A stretch of DNA of 64,000 bases from Vezdaea acicularis (Eukaryota), in the NCBI GenBank assembly GCA_026025075.1, contig JAPEUI010000004.1, forward strand, positions 1-64,000, in the 5' to 3' direction. The position numbers and the translations under genes are program-made. Shown here one piece after another: positions 28,064-42,243 of this stretch. Position 1 is the first letter of the stretch. Each line of letters begins with the position of its first letter. A model generated the notes under the pieces. The model was not told where the DNA came from. It worked only from the letters and a program-made list of their open reading frames with translations, and ran no database searches.

Positions 28064-28218
28064 CAAAGGGGACTTTCTGCGTTGCAGATCGACTGCATTT
28101 TGTCTTCTTCCCACAAGCGGGATGACCACCACCAGAACGCATACAATCTTGCGCCCTCCAACCACCGACAACCACAACACCAATAAAATAGTTTTTCCCT
28201 CTACAAAATAAATCTTAG

Positions 28219-28660
28219 ATGTTTTGATGCATATGTCGGCATTATTTCCAGTGTCACTGCGTGCGTTGCGGTGTTTCTTCTCATTTTCTGCTGGGGTTGA
28301 GCATACTTTTCCACGCTTTCACTTTATGATGCATTTGTTTTTCAGTGGTGGCATTTATGGATGATACCCGGCCTTTCTGACCATTGGACATGACTGAGAG
28401 CGGTGGGAGAGATTATAACTGCATGGTGCTGTGGGTTGATGGTTAGGAGTCAAGCATTACAATAAATAACGAGAACTCCTCACGTATCGCTTCACCAAAG
28501 AATTCTCTTTTTTCTGTAACTGCTTGGGGTTTTAAAGATTGTATGCTTTTTGGTGCTGATCATCTCGCCTGTGTGATCATCCCGCTTGTGGAATACCTCG
28601 GCGGATGGACTCTCGACTTAGATAAAGCGGTTGAAAGATACCCTAAGCATATAGTAAATT
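28219..28660 (+). ncRNA. Candidate H/ACA-type snoRNA(s)
   Basis: No ORF. Hairpin 28307-28321/28395-28410 is followed by AGATTA (ANANNA). Hairpin 28425-28430/28453-28458 is followed by ACA. Hairpin 28521-28530/28640-28649 is followed by ATAGTA. G-U pairs favour the + strand. No target identified. Confidence 0.4.
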
Positions 28661-28771
28661 TACAAGAACCTAGTCATCGTCCGGTCTAAACGCCAGTCCC
28701 CAGCCCACTCCAGCAGATAAATTATCTCTCACATAATACCAAAAGCGAGATCCACCCAAAACGTCACAGGA

Positions 28772-30363
28772 TTAGTCCTCTACCACCTGCGTCCTCTTCT
28801 TCCTGTTCTCTGGCACATCATCTTCTTCCTCACTCATCAGACCTTCCAACTCGAACTCCTCCGCGTCTCGCACGTGCCGAGCGTCTGACCCTCCTCCGCC
28901 GTTCGGCAGCCTGATGTGGCCATTGGTGTTGATGGTAGAGGTTGCTTTTTCGGGTGCCGTATTGACGGCGTAGATGTGCAGGAGGACATGGACAAAGAGG
29001 AACATTAGGAAGGCGAGGCTGTAGAGGATTAGGATGTAGGAGACGTGCGAGACACCAGCGGCCGATAGAAGACCCATTTGCTCCTCGGTGGCGCCCATGA
29101 AGAGGAAGCCAGATGCGTATAGGAGCTGAGAAACCGGTGAGAACTAATATCTATGATATGGGGAGTGAAAACTTACAAATGTTGGAACATATTGGAAGCT
29201 GTTTGGGTTTTCCTCGGAAATATAAGGTTTATCCCGTAGCACAAAAGAGATCTCGATGATTCGAGTGATACCGGCGCCCATGAGAGTGTATCCAAATACG
29301 GTATGTACCATAGTGGAAAGCATAAGCGCCTGCTTATGACTGGACATGGCGTAACCAGTGAGTAATATCACAAAACCAGGAATAATGTTTCGTTTTGGAG
29401 TCCCATCTCTGTTGCGGCTGAGCCAGATTCCTACCAACCCTGCGCACCACCACACAATACCCATGCTCGTATGCTGCAGGTCACTATGGCCCCACGGTTG
29501 GCCCCATCTATGTTCCGTAAAGGTATTGACGCAACCCCACACGGCGATTACCGCTGAGTCGAAGAACTCCTGGCTCTTGCCTGTCCGCTTTAGCCACGCT
29601 TGCCCCACCAGCAACAGAATGGTGAGCATAATTCCATAAGCGATAAAAGCGCTTCCCATGATGAAATGTGCAAGGCATTGTCCCATGTGATCCGCCCTGC
29701 AGAATCCCAGAGCCGTTATGCCCCCAAAAAGCATTTGTACCCAAGAGAACACCGGCAGAGCTTTCCCCAATATGCTATGTGCCATCACAAAGTACCTCCT
29801 AATCCGTCCTTGGTAGCCTCTCTCCAAGTGTAGGCGCAAGTAGATGCCCAATCCGACTTGGCTGAGGAGCATCAGCATCAGCGGGTTCGCAAAAACGCCG
29901 TGGATATTCTTCTTGAATTGTCGGCCGCCGTGCATGTGGCCGAGAAAGTAGCCTATGATACCAAGGGACGTGCCGAAAACTTGGACGGGGACATGGAGGC
30001 GCGAGTGGATTATCTACAATATTAATCAGTAAGAAGGCGGATAGAACGTGAGCTAAGTAAAGCCGTACTCCAAGAACCATCCCCATGGGTAATATCAGCC
30101 CAAATGCGAGGACCTGTAAGCCAATATGGATCCATAATATTATGTCCTGTTCGGGTTGATAAGTATCATGTAGACTTCGTGCAAGGTTGACTTAGAAGCC
30201 GTACCAATGGTTCGGCCGAGATCACCATCCCCTCTGGTATACCCTCTCCATGGTGTTCATGCGCACTTGCCCGCGATATTAACAGTACTATAATCGTATA
30301 TATAACAAAATTCTTCGCCAGCCGTGGTGGATCCGCAAAAGACCTGCAAAGGGGCAACGCCAT
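28772..30363 (-). CDS. YTP1: Ytp1-family integral membrane protein, multi-exon
   Basis: Signal peptide followed by AHEHH. Motifs LGFCRADHMGQCLAHFIMGSAFIAYG, SQEFFDSAVI.VWGCVNTFTEHRWG, DLQHTSMG and MGATEEQM. Confidence 0.9.
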
Positions 30364-30859
30364 CGCGTTGTTTCACCCTACTTGATGCCAGAAAATATAT
30401 TAGGTGCGGGACATAAAGGATTGTGTAGATGTGAAGCAGATTGTAACCTCGGCCTGGGGATGGGTGGTGAAGCGGCGCAAAGTTGAAAGGAGATTGACCG
30501 ATAGGAGGTCCGGAAAATGCGGCGGGCGCTGACGACAATGCCCGTGTTCTCGGGGAAAAAAGTGGCCGATTGAAGCCACTTCAAATTTCTCGAATGGGCA
30601 ATATTTCACAACAAATCCTAGCATACTCCTCATCTACTAAATCCCTTGAGAACTAACCATACAAAGCTATTGGAGATGTTAACTTTACAGTGTAACGCGT
30701 GTGTTCCCCACAACACGCGTTCATTATGATTCCGGTGTTTTGCGGCCAATCAGAAGCGATCTATAAAATTTTGACGCTAGTACTGAACTTCATCCTCAAA
30801 GCGATCTCTTTGAATAGAATCGTCCTTCATTCAGCTTCTCCAAACATTTCATCGCCATC

Positions 30860-31444
30860 ATGTCAGACGACGGTGGAGATTTCGGTGGTGAAGATGGCTA
30901 CGACCCCAATGAGGTGATCGACGATGAGCCTCCATTATCACCCACGGCCGATCTTTATCCAGAAGATGGGGATGTGGCTCAAACGAATGGGGCCAACGGC
31001 CGAACGGTAGTGAATGGTGACCCAGCAGCGGCAGCCGCCGCCCGACAAGCAGATATACGGAAAGGAACTGTCACGGGTATGAAAGAGAAACGTGTGCCGG
31101 ATGACAAGCGTACTACGACTCCATACATGACTAAGTACGAACGAGCACGGGTGCTTGGAACAAGAGCGCTGCAGATTAGGTAAGGAAGAAGAGACGAGAC
31201 AGCATATCTGAGGCGATTACTGATGGTTTGATAGCATGAATGCTCCTGTATTGGTTGATCTCGAGGGGGAGACAGATCCCCTCCTGATCGCTTCCAAAGA
31301 GTTGAGGGAGAAGAAAATTCCGCTGATTGTGCGGAGATATCTTCCAGATGGATTGTAGGACCCCTTAACTTTAGCTCTCTCAAAGAAATTGCTAACCAAT
31401 TTCCGCTCAGCTATGAGGACTGGACGTGTGAAGAGTTGCTTTGA
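30860..31444 (+). CDS. RPB6: RNA polymerase I/II/III shared subunit Rpb6; exons 30860-31179, 31234-31354, 31411-31444
   Basis: [54 protein letters not shown] after splicing. Confidence 0.97.
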
Positions 31445-31715
31445 AGCCGCTCTCTAGGGCACGAATATTCCTTAGCACATCACCCGACGTTGATGCCAGC
31501 TCCATTTATCAGCTACCCGAATGGCGTGTCATACGAGCAAAGAAGCTTGACACAAACCTTATGTTTTATGTTCCATTTAATAACTATGAGATCTTGCGGT
31601 CTCATGCGAATGTTATGTACTGCATAGCGTCATCATCCAGTCTATTGAAGGATGCTTTTTCCAACAAGGTCTTTTGTTGCAAGATTGATTGTAGCGTACA
31701 GAGTGGGTATGCGTT

Positions 31716-32973
31716 TTATTTCATGCTTGCCCCTAATAGTACATCTTGGTCCTTAGCTTTAGCGCTATACGACTGTCCCCTTAACGACTGCACGACACCA
31801 GGCAGCACATCACCGATGGGCAATTCTATCCGTACGCCCCTCGCCCCAGTCTGTTCGTCCTCGAGGCCTGCGTACAATTCATCTTCCCCTCTCACTCCAC
31901 CTATATTCAGTATGCCGATGGCCATCCCTCTTTCCTTGGCTCTCTTTACGAGGCGCCATGCAGAATAGGTAGCCAAAGAGCTGCCAATGACAAGCATTCT
32001 CGCAGCATCATCTACTGCTTTTTCTGCAGCTGCCTTCACGTTGTTAGCGATGGACTCTCCGAACATGACTACTGCCGGTTTCAATATCCCAGCTTCACTT
32101 GTGTCGTGCCATGCGCCGTCACCATCTGTCTCTACTCTCGCGCGCTGGCCACTGTGCAGGACGGGCGGGTTCGCGAGACAAGTTGGGCACGCTGGATAGC
32201 GGAAGGTTGAATATGGCGCATCTGGAAGATCAACATCACCGTCCGGGTTGGTCTTCATGCCCTTTGCCTTGCGCTCTTCGGGGTTTTCGGTGTCGAGAGC
32301 GCCTGAGGCAATCGCTTCCTTGAGAAAAGCTGCCCACAAGGGGTTGAGTTCTGTAAGACGCTCTTGGAACTGGGATCGGGGAAGGTGTGAGTGACAAGAC
32401 AGGCATACGAGACTGCGCAAGAAGCCGTGAAGCTCAGTGGTCTTAAGCGAGGGGTGAGCAATAGGGTGGAAAGAATCCACATCTATGGAGACATTAGTAT
32501 ATCACAGGAGAATGCCAAAAAGAAATATTCTCACTCTGTGTGATGACATGTTCTACTATCCCCAGCTCGCCCAGATCCTTCACGGCCCAATGTGCTTTGT
32601 TCGGTCGTGCTCTATGCAAGGTCGTCCAGCCCAGGTAGCTCCTAGCCCAGTACCGTTTCCTTGCCTCGTGGCTAGAACAGAATTCGTGAAAATAGATTGG
32701 CCTGTATGTCTTGTTTTGAGTATAAGTCCCATTTGTGCCCCTATAATCTGCTAGGCCAGAGGCTACTGATACGCCTGCGCCCGACAGTATCACTGTCGCG
32801 GCATCGTTCTGACCATGTCTAAGTGAGGGACGCTTAAGAGAACCGGGCGGTGGAGCCGTAAGGAATGTTGCAAGGGCTGTAACGGCATCACTGGGGTTAT
32901 TGACTTTCGATGGTATTAGTCGCGGCGGAGGAAGGGCGCCCGTATAGGGTATTCTCATAAACGGCTTCTGCAT
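31716..32973 (-). CDS. Class II (SIRT4-like) NAD-dependent sirtuin, two exons
   Basis: GAGVSVASGLADYRG, RKRYWARSYLGW, TQ/NVD across the intron, ELHG, two CxxC zinc pairs, LKPAVVMFGE and GSSLATYSAWR. Start codon uncertain. Confidence 0.9.
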
Positions 32974-33588
32974 TGAGAAGGCATTGGTGCGGTGCAGAGG
33001 TGCTCGGAAATTTACCAAAGATTAGCGGACGTCATGAGCATGCACTCGGTAAATGGCGTCTCAGCCCTACGAGATCTCCGGCGCGCCGCTATATCCGAAG
33101 ATCCACTTAAAGTCGGACGTCCAAATATTCTCTGGGTGGGCTGGGAATGTGCCGCTGAATACAGAGTTCCCAATCTGTAGAACAGCAATCTTACACTACC
33201 GATCCCTGTGAAAATTTGGGAAGCTTCTGGTACGAAAAGATTCTTTAGTGGGTCCGAATAGCAAGGCCTATGCCCGCTGGGTCGCCCGTGACCGGAGGTC
33301 AATCAGTGGATGATCACAGACTAGGTCAAAGTTTGTAAGCCCAGGGAGTATTTTTCGTAGAATTAAGGGAGGGCATTCAGCTATCTCACTCGTCTTGTAC
33401 AAAACATCAAGTTTGGAACGGCACAATTCGAGGTGCTTTTGGCAATCAGTGAATCAAAAAATATCGAACACAGGGGTTTCCCCGGTGTCCGAGAACGATT
33501 CCGTTTATCGCACGCATTAGTAACGAAGGAATGTGTGTCATTAAATACACTAGCCAAAGAAGCAAGAACAGGGGTTTTAAGGAAGCTG

Positions 33589-33620
33589 AAATGCATCATT
33601 GGGTAAATGCATCATTGGGT
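33589..33620. repeat. Perfect 16-bp tandem duplication
   Basis: AAATGCATCATTGGGT twice, in the sirtuin/CDF divergent promoter. Confidence 0.9.
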
Positions 33621-33780
33621 TCATGTCTCTCCAGGTCTTCGGTTAAGGGCGCCTTATTTTCACAGTCCAGATATTAATGCTGCTCGATTACAACAACCTA
33701 GAGACCTGGCGTGCTCTTAGAACGCGCCATTTTCTAACTCATGTCGCTCATAGATCAGGCACTAGGGGATTGAGCTCTTT

Positions 33781-35324
33781 ATGCAAGTGGCACGCTGCTT
33801 CTCGAACAGCGTGCAGCTGCAGCGACTGCGAGCGGCTCCTGCTTCTCTAAACATTTCAACCCGGCTCAGCCTTTGCAACTCTAGCGACATTTCTGTCCGG
33901 CCACACTATCGTGCAACCCTTACATTGCAGCATCGTGTGTTGCTTACCTCCTCATATCCACGCTCGTTTGCCATACTAGAAGCGTCTCATAACCCATCCT
34001 TGATAAGTGCAGATAGGTCCAAAGAGACCGTCTTACGACGCTCGTTTCCCTCTCTGTCTTCTACGATCACACGCTCCATCATGGGGCACTCACACGGCCA
34101 TCACCACCACCATGACAATGCTTATCTTACATCTACCAACACAAGTGATCCTGGAGTCCGGATAACTCGGATTGGCCTCCTGGTGAATCTGGGCATGGCA
34201 ATTGGTAAGGGAGTAGGGGGTTGGTACTTTAATTCGCAAGCGCTGGTCGCGGACGGCTTCCACGCCCTTACAGACATGGTGTCAGATATTATGACGTTGG
34301 CAACAGTATCCTGGAGCTTGAAGCGCCCTAGTTCGAGATTTCCCACAGGATATGGGAAGATTGAAAGCTTGGGGGGCCTCGGCGTAAGCGGGCTACTTCT
34401 GGTGGGAGGAATACTCATGGGTCTCAACGCTGGGAATGCATTATACTTCCAATTCTTCCTGGATGCCGCAGGGGATCATGTTGGGCACATAGGGCATTCT
34501 CACAGTCATAGCCATTCGCATATCGATCTCGGTCCGAACATCAATGCCGCTTGGCTTGCTGGTGGATCTGTCATTATAAAAGAGTATCTTTATAGAGCAA
34601 GTGAGTACTGCTTTGCCTTATCAAGGTTGGCATTCCCTAACTCAAGCTTATGATAGCTATGAAAATTGCGCGTGAACGCAAGTCTTCCATCCTCGCCTCC
34701 AACGCTGTTCACCATCGAGTTGATTCTCTTACTGGCATCGTTGCTCTTGTAGCTATCTGCGGCTCACATTTCATACAAAATGCCAGCTGGCTGGATCCTG
34801 TTGGCGGCTTTCTAGTATCCTTGATGGTAATTAAAGCAGGCTGGGCCAATACAGGATCTGCCTTATTGGAGTTGGCAGATGTCGGGGTTGAAGACGAGAT
34901 ACGCTCAGCTGTGCGCAAAGCCGCCTCCCAGGGACTCAAAGACACCAGGTATCATGCCGGAGGCCAGGTCGTGATAAATAACGTTCAGGGCACAAAGTCT
35001 GGTCCGAACTATCTAATGGACTTGGAGCTCGCCGTCCCGAAGTCGTGGACTGTCGAGCAGGTCCGGGAAATCGAGGAATCCGTCAGAGAGCAGGTAGGGA
35101 CAAAGGTCCGGGGTGCCAGAAGAGTCAGAATCCGCTTCGTCCCGAAAGATGCCCTCGGTGAAGACAAATCCGACTTCGTTGACGAGTTCATCCCAGCAGA
35201 TGTAAGTCAGCGAAGTAGTCATGAGCCAGAAGACGACGAGGATGACCATAATCATGGGCACCATGGCCACTCGCATGTAAATGGAGCTAGAGATAAGAGG
35301 GGGAAGACGTCTAAAGTGATATGA
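33781..35324 (+). CDS. Mitochondrial cation diffusion facilitator (Mmt1/Mmt2-like); intron ~34601-34656
   Basis: R/S/L-rich presequence-like N-terminus and His-rich tracts. Motifs DPGVRITRIGL, ADGFHALTDMVSD, FPTGYGKIE, SNAVHHRVDS and WLDPVGG. Confidence 0.92.
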
Positions 35325-36187
35325 TACTCCAGCGTAATCTTAAAGCGCCGCAACAGTGCCTACGCAGCGTCAACTCCATGCAATTGTTGACTGCACATAA
35401 GGGGCAAGACTGTAGCAAACATTTAGATCAATCAGCACTTGGCCTTAGTTTTCGCATACCGTGGTGCGGACCATAGAGAGCACTGAAGGAGAGCAATTGC
35501 ATTTCACGTGTTAAATAATTGACTCTGCTCCTGCGTTGAACTACCGACAGAATCTAGGAACCGCTCCTGCAAGCAACTATCTCATACTCACCGGGCGTAA
35601 ACGGCGCCTCTTTGGCGAAAATAGAGCCTTTAGGGTTTGCTGGTGCCTTAGGCTAGAGACGGGTAAGGCGTGGGAAACCCCGCGTCAACGCGTGAGAACT
35701 TTAAAAAGTTAGCGCCAAGCATAATGAAGCTCGATTTCGAACACTAAAATCTTCTAATTAATGGTGAAGCTGAGCCAACATGCAGCCGCAATTTCGAGAG
35801 CATTAAGCTCCGAAGGCATACGTCACAGTCGTAAGAGGAGTTCTAATTTTAGGGCCGGGCGTAACCCGTGCTGTCGCCTGGGCTAGCTTAGGAAGGTTGG
35901 TCCCATGCAAAATGATCGATCACGGTTAGGAGATATTGATAGGCTGCCGCTGCGGAGACACGGCCATCCCATTCCTTGTAACGCGCCAAGGTGGCACGAC
36001 CACTGGCTTTTACCGGGCTGTGCCGCATCGAACTCTGGTAATATCCTTCTCACTGTCCTCCTCGCTTGAGGTTGGTTGTGATTCCGAGTTCATTCTTCCA
36101 CGACTCACGTCATGAACAAGTATGACGAACGAAGCTTTGATCACGACCACTTTCTAACGTCTGTTCTGCTTAAATGACGTTCTGGAT

Positions 36188-38215
36188 ATGTTTCTGTACT
36201 TGTTTACCGCCCTCTTTTCTGCAGAAGTTGCGAGTGCGTTTCATTCGTTCCAGCCAAACTGCACTACTCCTCCCGACTATGCAAACTTTACTTTCAACCC
36301 CCAAATCCGGGGGACTATGACAATTATATGGGGTGCCTTAGCTGTTCTTTTGCTCTGTACCTGGAGTGTCCAGCACCTATGCGTTCCAATTAACGAAGAG
36401 ATCATCACCGGACCAGAGGCTAAGGATGATGTGGAGGCAAAGAATGACCGAAATGACAAGAACACTTCTTGGAACAAGGCTTTCCGTAGGAAATGCCAAT
36501 TTCTAATCGACAAAATAATATGGATGGGTACGTAAGGTTCTAGCAGTCAATGGTCCTAAGCTGTAAAGAATGTTGTTCCATAAGGGGCTTTCAACCTGTC
36601 TGAGAGACTGTTAGGGCTCTACTTACGTGCAATAGGTCTTACGATCATTATTCCAGAATATATACTTGGCAAAGCCCTCGCAGAGAATTCATCAGCACAT
36701 TACTCGCAGAGGCAATTCAGCCGTGCACTTGGGAACAAAGAGGAATGGACCTCAACGCATGCATATTTTGCGAACATGAGAGGATTCGTGGCTCGCTTCA
36801 AAATCGCAGCTGTCAGAACACCCCAGAAAGCCGTAAAACCAGAGAAACTTGGGCAGTCACTTCAAAAACCTCGCGACCCTCACGATATGAATTACGGACA
36901 TGGATGGCCTGATGGATTTCCACCATACTATGAGCAGGATGTCGAACGCTCTATGGGTATAGAACTTGACCAGTGCCACAAAATCTGTGGAATACCCTGC
37001 CCAAATCGTATAAGTGTAGCCACTGTCTCAGAAAATGGAACAGCTTTGAACCCCCCGCAAATTTGTCAAAACTCCACTGCTACGCCGGCGCTAAATACGG
37101 AGGTCCCAGATATAATAGCTGAGGCTAGAGGAACCGTAGAGAAGGCGCCTACAATGACCAACAATGGCATAGAGGAACAGATAAGATGCGGCGAACATGA
37201 TTCCAAGGGGTTGCCGGCCACAGCGGCATCTGTAGTGCCAATGACGGACGACCGCTTACCAAGTCAAGTTACAACCACAGGCTCTCCTCAGCTCGAAGAG
37301 AAGCGGTGTCATAGTTCTGCGTCAAGTATTGAGAAGGAGCTACTGCCTCCCCATAAGACCTGGCAGGGAACTTGGGCATGGTCTGCCAACCAGATGTACT
37401 ACGCATACAGACATGGCATCATACCTGACCTGCCGAATGTTACGGCGGAAGACCTAAGGGATCGAAGCAAAGGGGATGCTCTTGTTAAGTTAATAACCAT
37501 CGGACAGATTACATGGGTTATCGGTCAAATCATCGCGCGTTCCTTTCAAGACCTTGCGATAAGTTTGCTAGAGGTCACTGTCCTTGCCTTCGCAGCGTGC
37601 GCAATAACTACTTATGCATTCATTTGGCATAAACCCCAGGATGTTGGTGTGCCGATATATATCGATGTCCCAAATGTTCTTACGCGGGAACAAGTCATCG
37701 GCCTCGCTGCTCGATCTCCACCATCTTCCTTGATAGTTCACGAGTTTTGGCTTCACGGGGTAGCTATCCGGGCAATGGCAGACAATATTTTCCCTTACTC
37801 GCGAGGATTCCCATTTCAATGGCCATGGAGGAAAGAGAAAATGTACCTCAACCCGGTGATGACGGGCATTGGCCTCGGCGGCGTCATCTTCGGCTCCGTG
37901 CATTTCATCGCATGGAACTTTCATTTTCCAACACCTACCGAGAGGCTTCTCTGGAGAATTTCATGCATCATTCTGGTCCTGCTTCCTTTGTTTTGCGCTG
38001 TCGCCTACTGGGCGACTCAACATTTTGCTCATAAGTTTGGAACGACGGATACCAGGGTGAACCTGTTACTAAAGCCTTTGGGATACACGCTGATGCCTTT
38101 TTATCTGGTAGCCCGCTTGTATCTTCTAGTGGAAGTCTTCCGTTCCCTAGCGTTTTTACCACCAAGTGCATATACGACGGTTCAATGGCCAAGTGCTATA
38201 CCGCATGTTGCTTGA
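36188..38215 (+). CDS. Uncharacterised fungal multi-pass membrane protein; intron ~36531-36635
   Basis: Signal peptide and the motif series RGT.TIIW..L..LCTWSVQHL, WTSTHAYFANM.GF, DRSKGDAL.K, ISLLEVT.LAF..C, WHKPQDV, FGSVHFIAWNFHFPT.TER.LWR, Y.VARLYLLVE.FRSL. This pattern recurs in a family of fungal hypothetical proteins. Confidence 0.85.
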
Positions 38216-38968
38216 CCAAGACAAAATATTACTTTTGGCTTCTCTTGTTCCTGGTTTAGCTTTGGTGTTGAATAGTATGATGTAGCATCTAACGATTTGG
38301 CATTTGAAGGTGTGTTGTGATGACATATGGATGGGCGTATACTTAGTCAGAACGGCGAAGAGGGATTTCATAGCTGTTTGTAGTAGTACTTCACATAGAT
38401 CGCATCAAGCTAATCACTAGCTTGAGGTCAAGACCGCTCAAGCTCTAAGGCCATTGCGCTCCGTGCTTCATCTGTCACACGCCTTGCTGATCCTGAGGTG
38501 CTTGCTTTGGCGCTCATCGCTCTACTAAAGTGCTCCCCTTAATCCGGGCGACATATCGCATCGAGGCGATAGCCCCTCGCTAATGAACTTCCCTAGCCTG
38601 CTCCACGAGACCACCATATTACATTGTTGCAGACACAACTCATAGCAGTATAGAACACCTAAAAACTTTCTTTTAACTTAGAACACGTCTACAGCTTTGT
38701 TTGCTGAGTTCAAGACTTATAGCCTCCAGTTTCCACTAATAAGATACTATCCTGCCGCGTTCCTTAATCACTATATTGGAACAGCTCACAAGACCTAAGC
38801 AAAAGCCCTGTCCTGAAAGTTTCGCAAGAAAGGATTACGAATGCGACGCTTCATAAGATGACTCTACCGTGCGCCTGATAGATAGCAAAGTCAAACCTAT
38901 CATTTGGTCTCTCCAGTCCAAGGGGTTGAATAATATCATCACGGCGGGGTTGTGGGTTAGCTACTACT

Positions 38969-41900
38969 ATGGATTCCCAGGTACGAGCTCCGACAAATTT
39001 GGGAAAATACGCCGTCTTTAAGAACACACAGTAACTATGTTTGCTTGATAGATCGAGAACGCCATAGAAATTGCATACTCACCCTCCTCGGATCCGACGC
39101 TGAAGCTTCAGGCTATAGAATTCATCAGCAACGCGAGGGCCGATGCCAGCGCCTACGAATCTTGTCTACAGCTTGCTACAAGGATCCCAAAAGCGTCAGA
39201 TGTAGTGCGCAGCACTTGTCTTGATATTATTAACAGTGCCATCAATGACGGTCGACTCGATGTGGCAAGCTTGAGCTTTGTAAAAGATAGTATTCTAGCA
39301 TATACCCGCCAAACATACAGCTCTGCTGGATCGAGTGTGTCACAGGACAGCAGAAACGTTCAGAATAAGATTGCGCAGACCATCACCTATTTATTTGTGT
39401 ATCTGTATGCACAGGAATGGCTTACTTTCTTCGATGACTTTATTGGCTTGACGATTGTCGACGGCAATAATGTCAGAGCGAACCTTCCAGGAGTGGTCCT
39501 ATTTCTGCGTCTACTTGGGTCTATTCACGATGAGATTGCGGACGTTCTTATATTCCGCGAAGGTTCTGCCTCGAAGCGTGCCGCGGATCTCAAAGACTTC
39601 ATCCGTGACCGAGATGCTCCTAAAGTTATCGCAACAGTATACGAAATCTTCTCTTATTGGCGGGATCAAAGCGATGAAGCGGTTCAGCTGTGTCTTAGGG
39701 TGATTGGGTCATGGGTGAGCTGGGTTGACATCTCTCTCATTCTTGACGAGAAACTGATGGAATTACTCTTCACTATCATTGGCCGTACACCAGTGGAGAG
39801 CCAAGATGGCAATGAGGATCAAACTCGAGACGCCGCGATTGGCACGCTCACGGAGATTATCACTAAGAAGATGCCGCCACAAGACAAGCTGGATCTCATT
39901 CAGTATCTCAACGTAGGCGGAATAGTCTCCCGGCTCGTATCTATCCCTGCACTCAACGATCTGCAACGCTCAGCCACTTATGACCATGAGCTTGCAGAAA
40001 CAACCGCAAGACTGACTAATGCGGCGGCTGAGGAAGTTGTGAGAACCTTAGATTCAGGTAAATTAGATACAGATAAGGAAGACTCAGGAAGAGGGATCCT
40101 GGTTGCTTTCATGCCTCACCTTCTGAGGTTCTTCTCGGACGAATTTGATGAAGTATCTCTAACGGTGGTCCCCGCCTTGACGGATGTTTTGACCTTCTTT
40201 CGCAAAGAACTACAGCGCCAGGGCTCATTAAGAGCGCAGTATTCAACTCTATTGCCCTCAATACTTCACGCCGCTACTGAGAAGTTACGATATGATGAGT
40301 CGTATGAGTGGGGTGATCAGTTGACGGGCACAGACGAAGCAGAGTTTGAGGAACTCCGAAAAAGAGTACACGTTGTCCAGAATTCTATTGCTGCTATTGA
40401 TAAAGAGCTCTATTGCCAAACGATTGCTGAACTAGTTAGTGGTATCTTCGCCAAGTATCGCAACAGCCCTTCTATGGTATCATGGCGCGAGCTCGAACTA
40501 GCTCTGGATCAGATGTTTGCGATGAGTGAAGCGCTAGGTCAAAAGGGTGGCCTGTTCAGCAAGGAAAAGCCGATAGGGGAGGCTGGGATGATGGTCAACA
40601 TGTTGATGACCCAGCTTCTCGATTTAGGTAAGAACTAAAGCTTTCAAATACCTCAGTGTACTGACGGTAGCTAGATATCGCATCCCACCCGCATCCTTGT
40701 ATCCAGCTCAACTATATGGAAATGTGCGTTCGGTATATTCAATTCTTGGAGATCGAGCAACAGCATATCCCGAAGACGCTTGGATATTTTCTTCGCATAA
40801 TCCATACCGATCATCCTCGTGTACGGACTAGATCATGGTACCTTTTTTTGAAGTTTGTTAAGCAGCTAAGAAATCAACTTGGAGATCTCGCAATAAAGGT
40901 CGTTGACCATATAAGTGACTTGCTCGTTATTCACGCTGAAGATCCTGAGAACAAAGACGAGATGGACGACTCGTCGACTGAAGATGGTGATCAATCGGGA
41001 GATGCAACTGCCAAGGGCCAACTTTACCTGTTCGAGGCTGTGGGATGCTTATCATCGTCACCCGCAAACTCGGCAGAGAAGCAGGCGGCTTACGCGAGAT
41101 CTATAATGGTTCCTCTGCTTCTGGATTTAGAGAAGCAGATATCTTTGGGTAAACATACCGGGCGGTCTATCATGCAAGCTCACTACACTGTTATGTCACT
41201 GGGGGCGCTTGCTCGGGGTTATTCGGATTGGATGCCAGGGGTCAGCTCAACAGCGCACCGGGCTCCTGCAGTGGATGTCGCTAACGAGTTTGAACGCGCT
41301 GCGGAGGCCATTCTTGTGACTCTTGAGCAGATGAACAATGAACAGGTCAGGGAAGCAGCGAGGTCTGCCTTCTCGAGGTTGATAGGAGTGCTAGGGCCTC
41401 GGATTTTATCTTCGTTGCCACGTTGGATCAGCGGGCTTCTATCTTCTGACTCTAGCATGGAAGATATTTCAACTTTCCTGAAATTGCTTGATCAGCTTTT
41501 GTTTGGCTTCAAGACTGAGATCAGTGGAATATTGGACTCGCTTCTAGCCCCCTTACTAGAACGTGTATATGCAAGCCTGGCCACTGAGCCATCTGGAACG
41601 GACACATTGATTGAGCTTGGGGACTTGAGAAGAGAATATCTCAACTTCATCCTTGCTATCCTCAACAATGACCTTGGAGCAGTACTCGTTGGTCCTAGTA
41701 AGTTCACCCTCCAGCATTTGAATTCTACTAATGCCTTGTCCGCTAGCCAACCAGCATAAATTTGAAGAAGTTCTCTCCACAATCTCAGACTACGCGCGAT
41801 CTCCGCTTGACCTCCCTACTGCAAAACTAGCATTCACCACACTCACGAAAATGTGCAACGTGTGGGGCGGTCCTGATGTCATTACTCCTTCAGAGGTAAC

Positions 41901-42243
41901 CAGCAAGAAAGCTACAACCAATAATACTCCAATCGCTTCGGAACTCCCGGGCTTCCACACCTACATGATTGAGAACCTCTCGCCTCTCTGCTGGGCTTTG
42001 CCAAGCGACCCGCGCTTTCGGGGAGATGACGCACAAGCAAGGCTCGCCCTAGGAGAGATTGCCAGTCTAATGAAGACGCTGTACGCAAAAACGGGCGACC
42101 AGTACCTCCTCCACCTGCAAACCGTTATCTTTCCCGGACTAGGCTCTGAGCAGGGCTCAGTGGACGATTTCATCAATGCCTTGAAGAATCTGGATACCAG
42201 AAAATTTCGCCAGTTCGTTTCTAAGTTTGTGCAGCGCCAGTAA
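38969..42243 (+). CDS. LOS1: Exportin-T (tRNA export receptor), multi-exon
   Basis: MDSQ/IENAIEIA start, QNKIAQTITYLF, SIHDEIAD, WVSWVDISLI, EAEFEELRKR, HPCIQLNYMEMCVRY and VRTRSWYLF.KFVK. Confidence 0.92.

Noticed and set aside
27900..28080. GAAAGTCCCC on the minus strand, resembling RNase MRP CR-I
   Set aside because: No GARAR P8 hairpin follows, and the only CR-V-like sequence is degenerate and too close.
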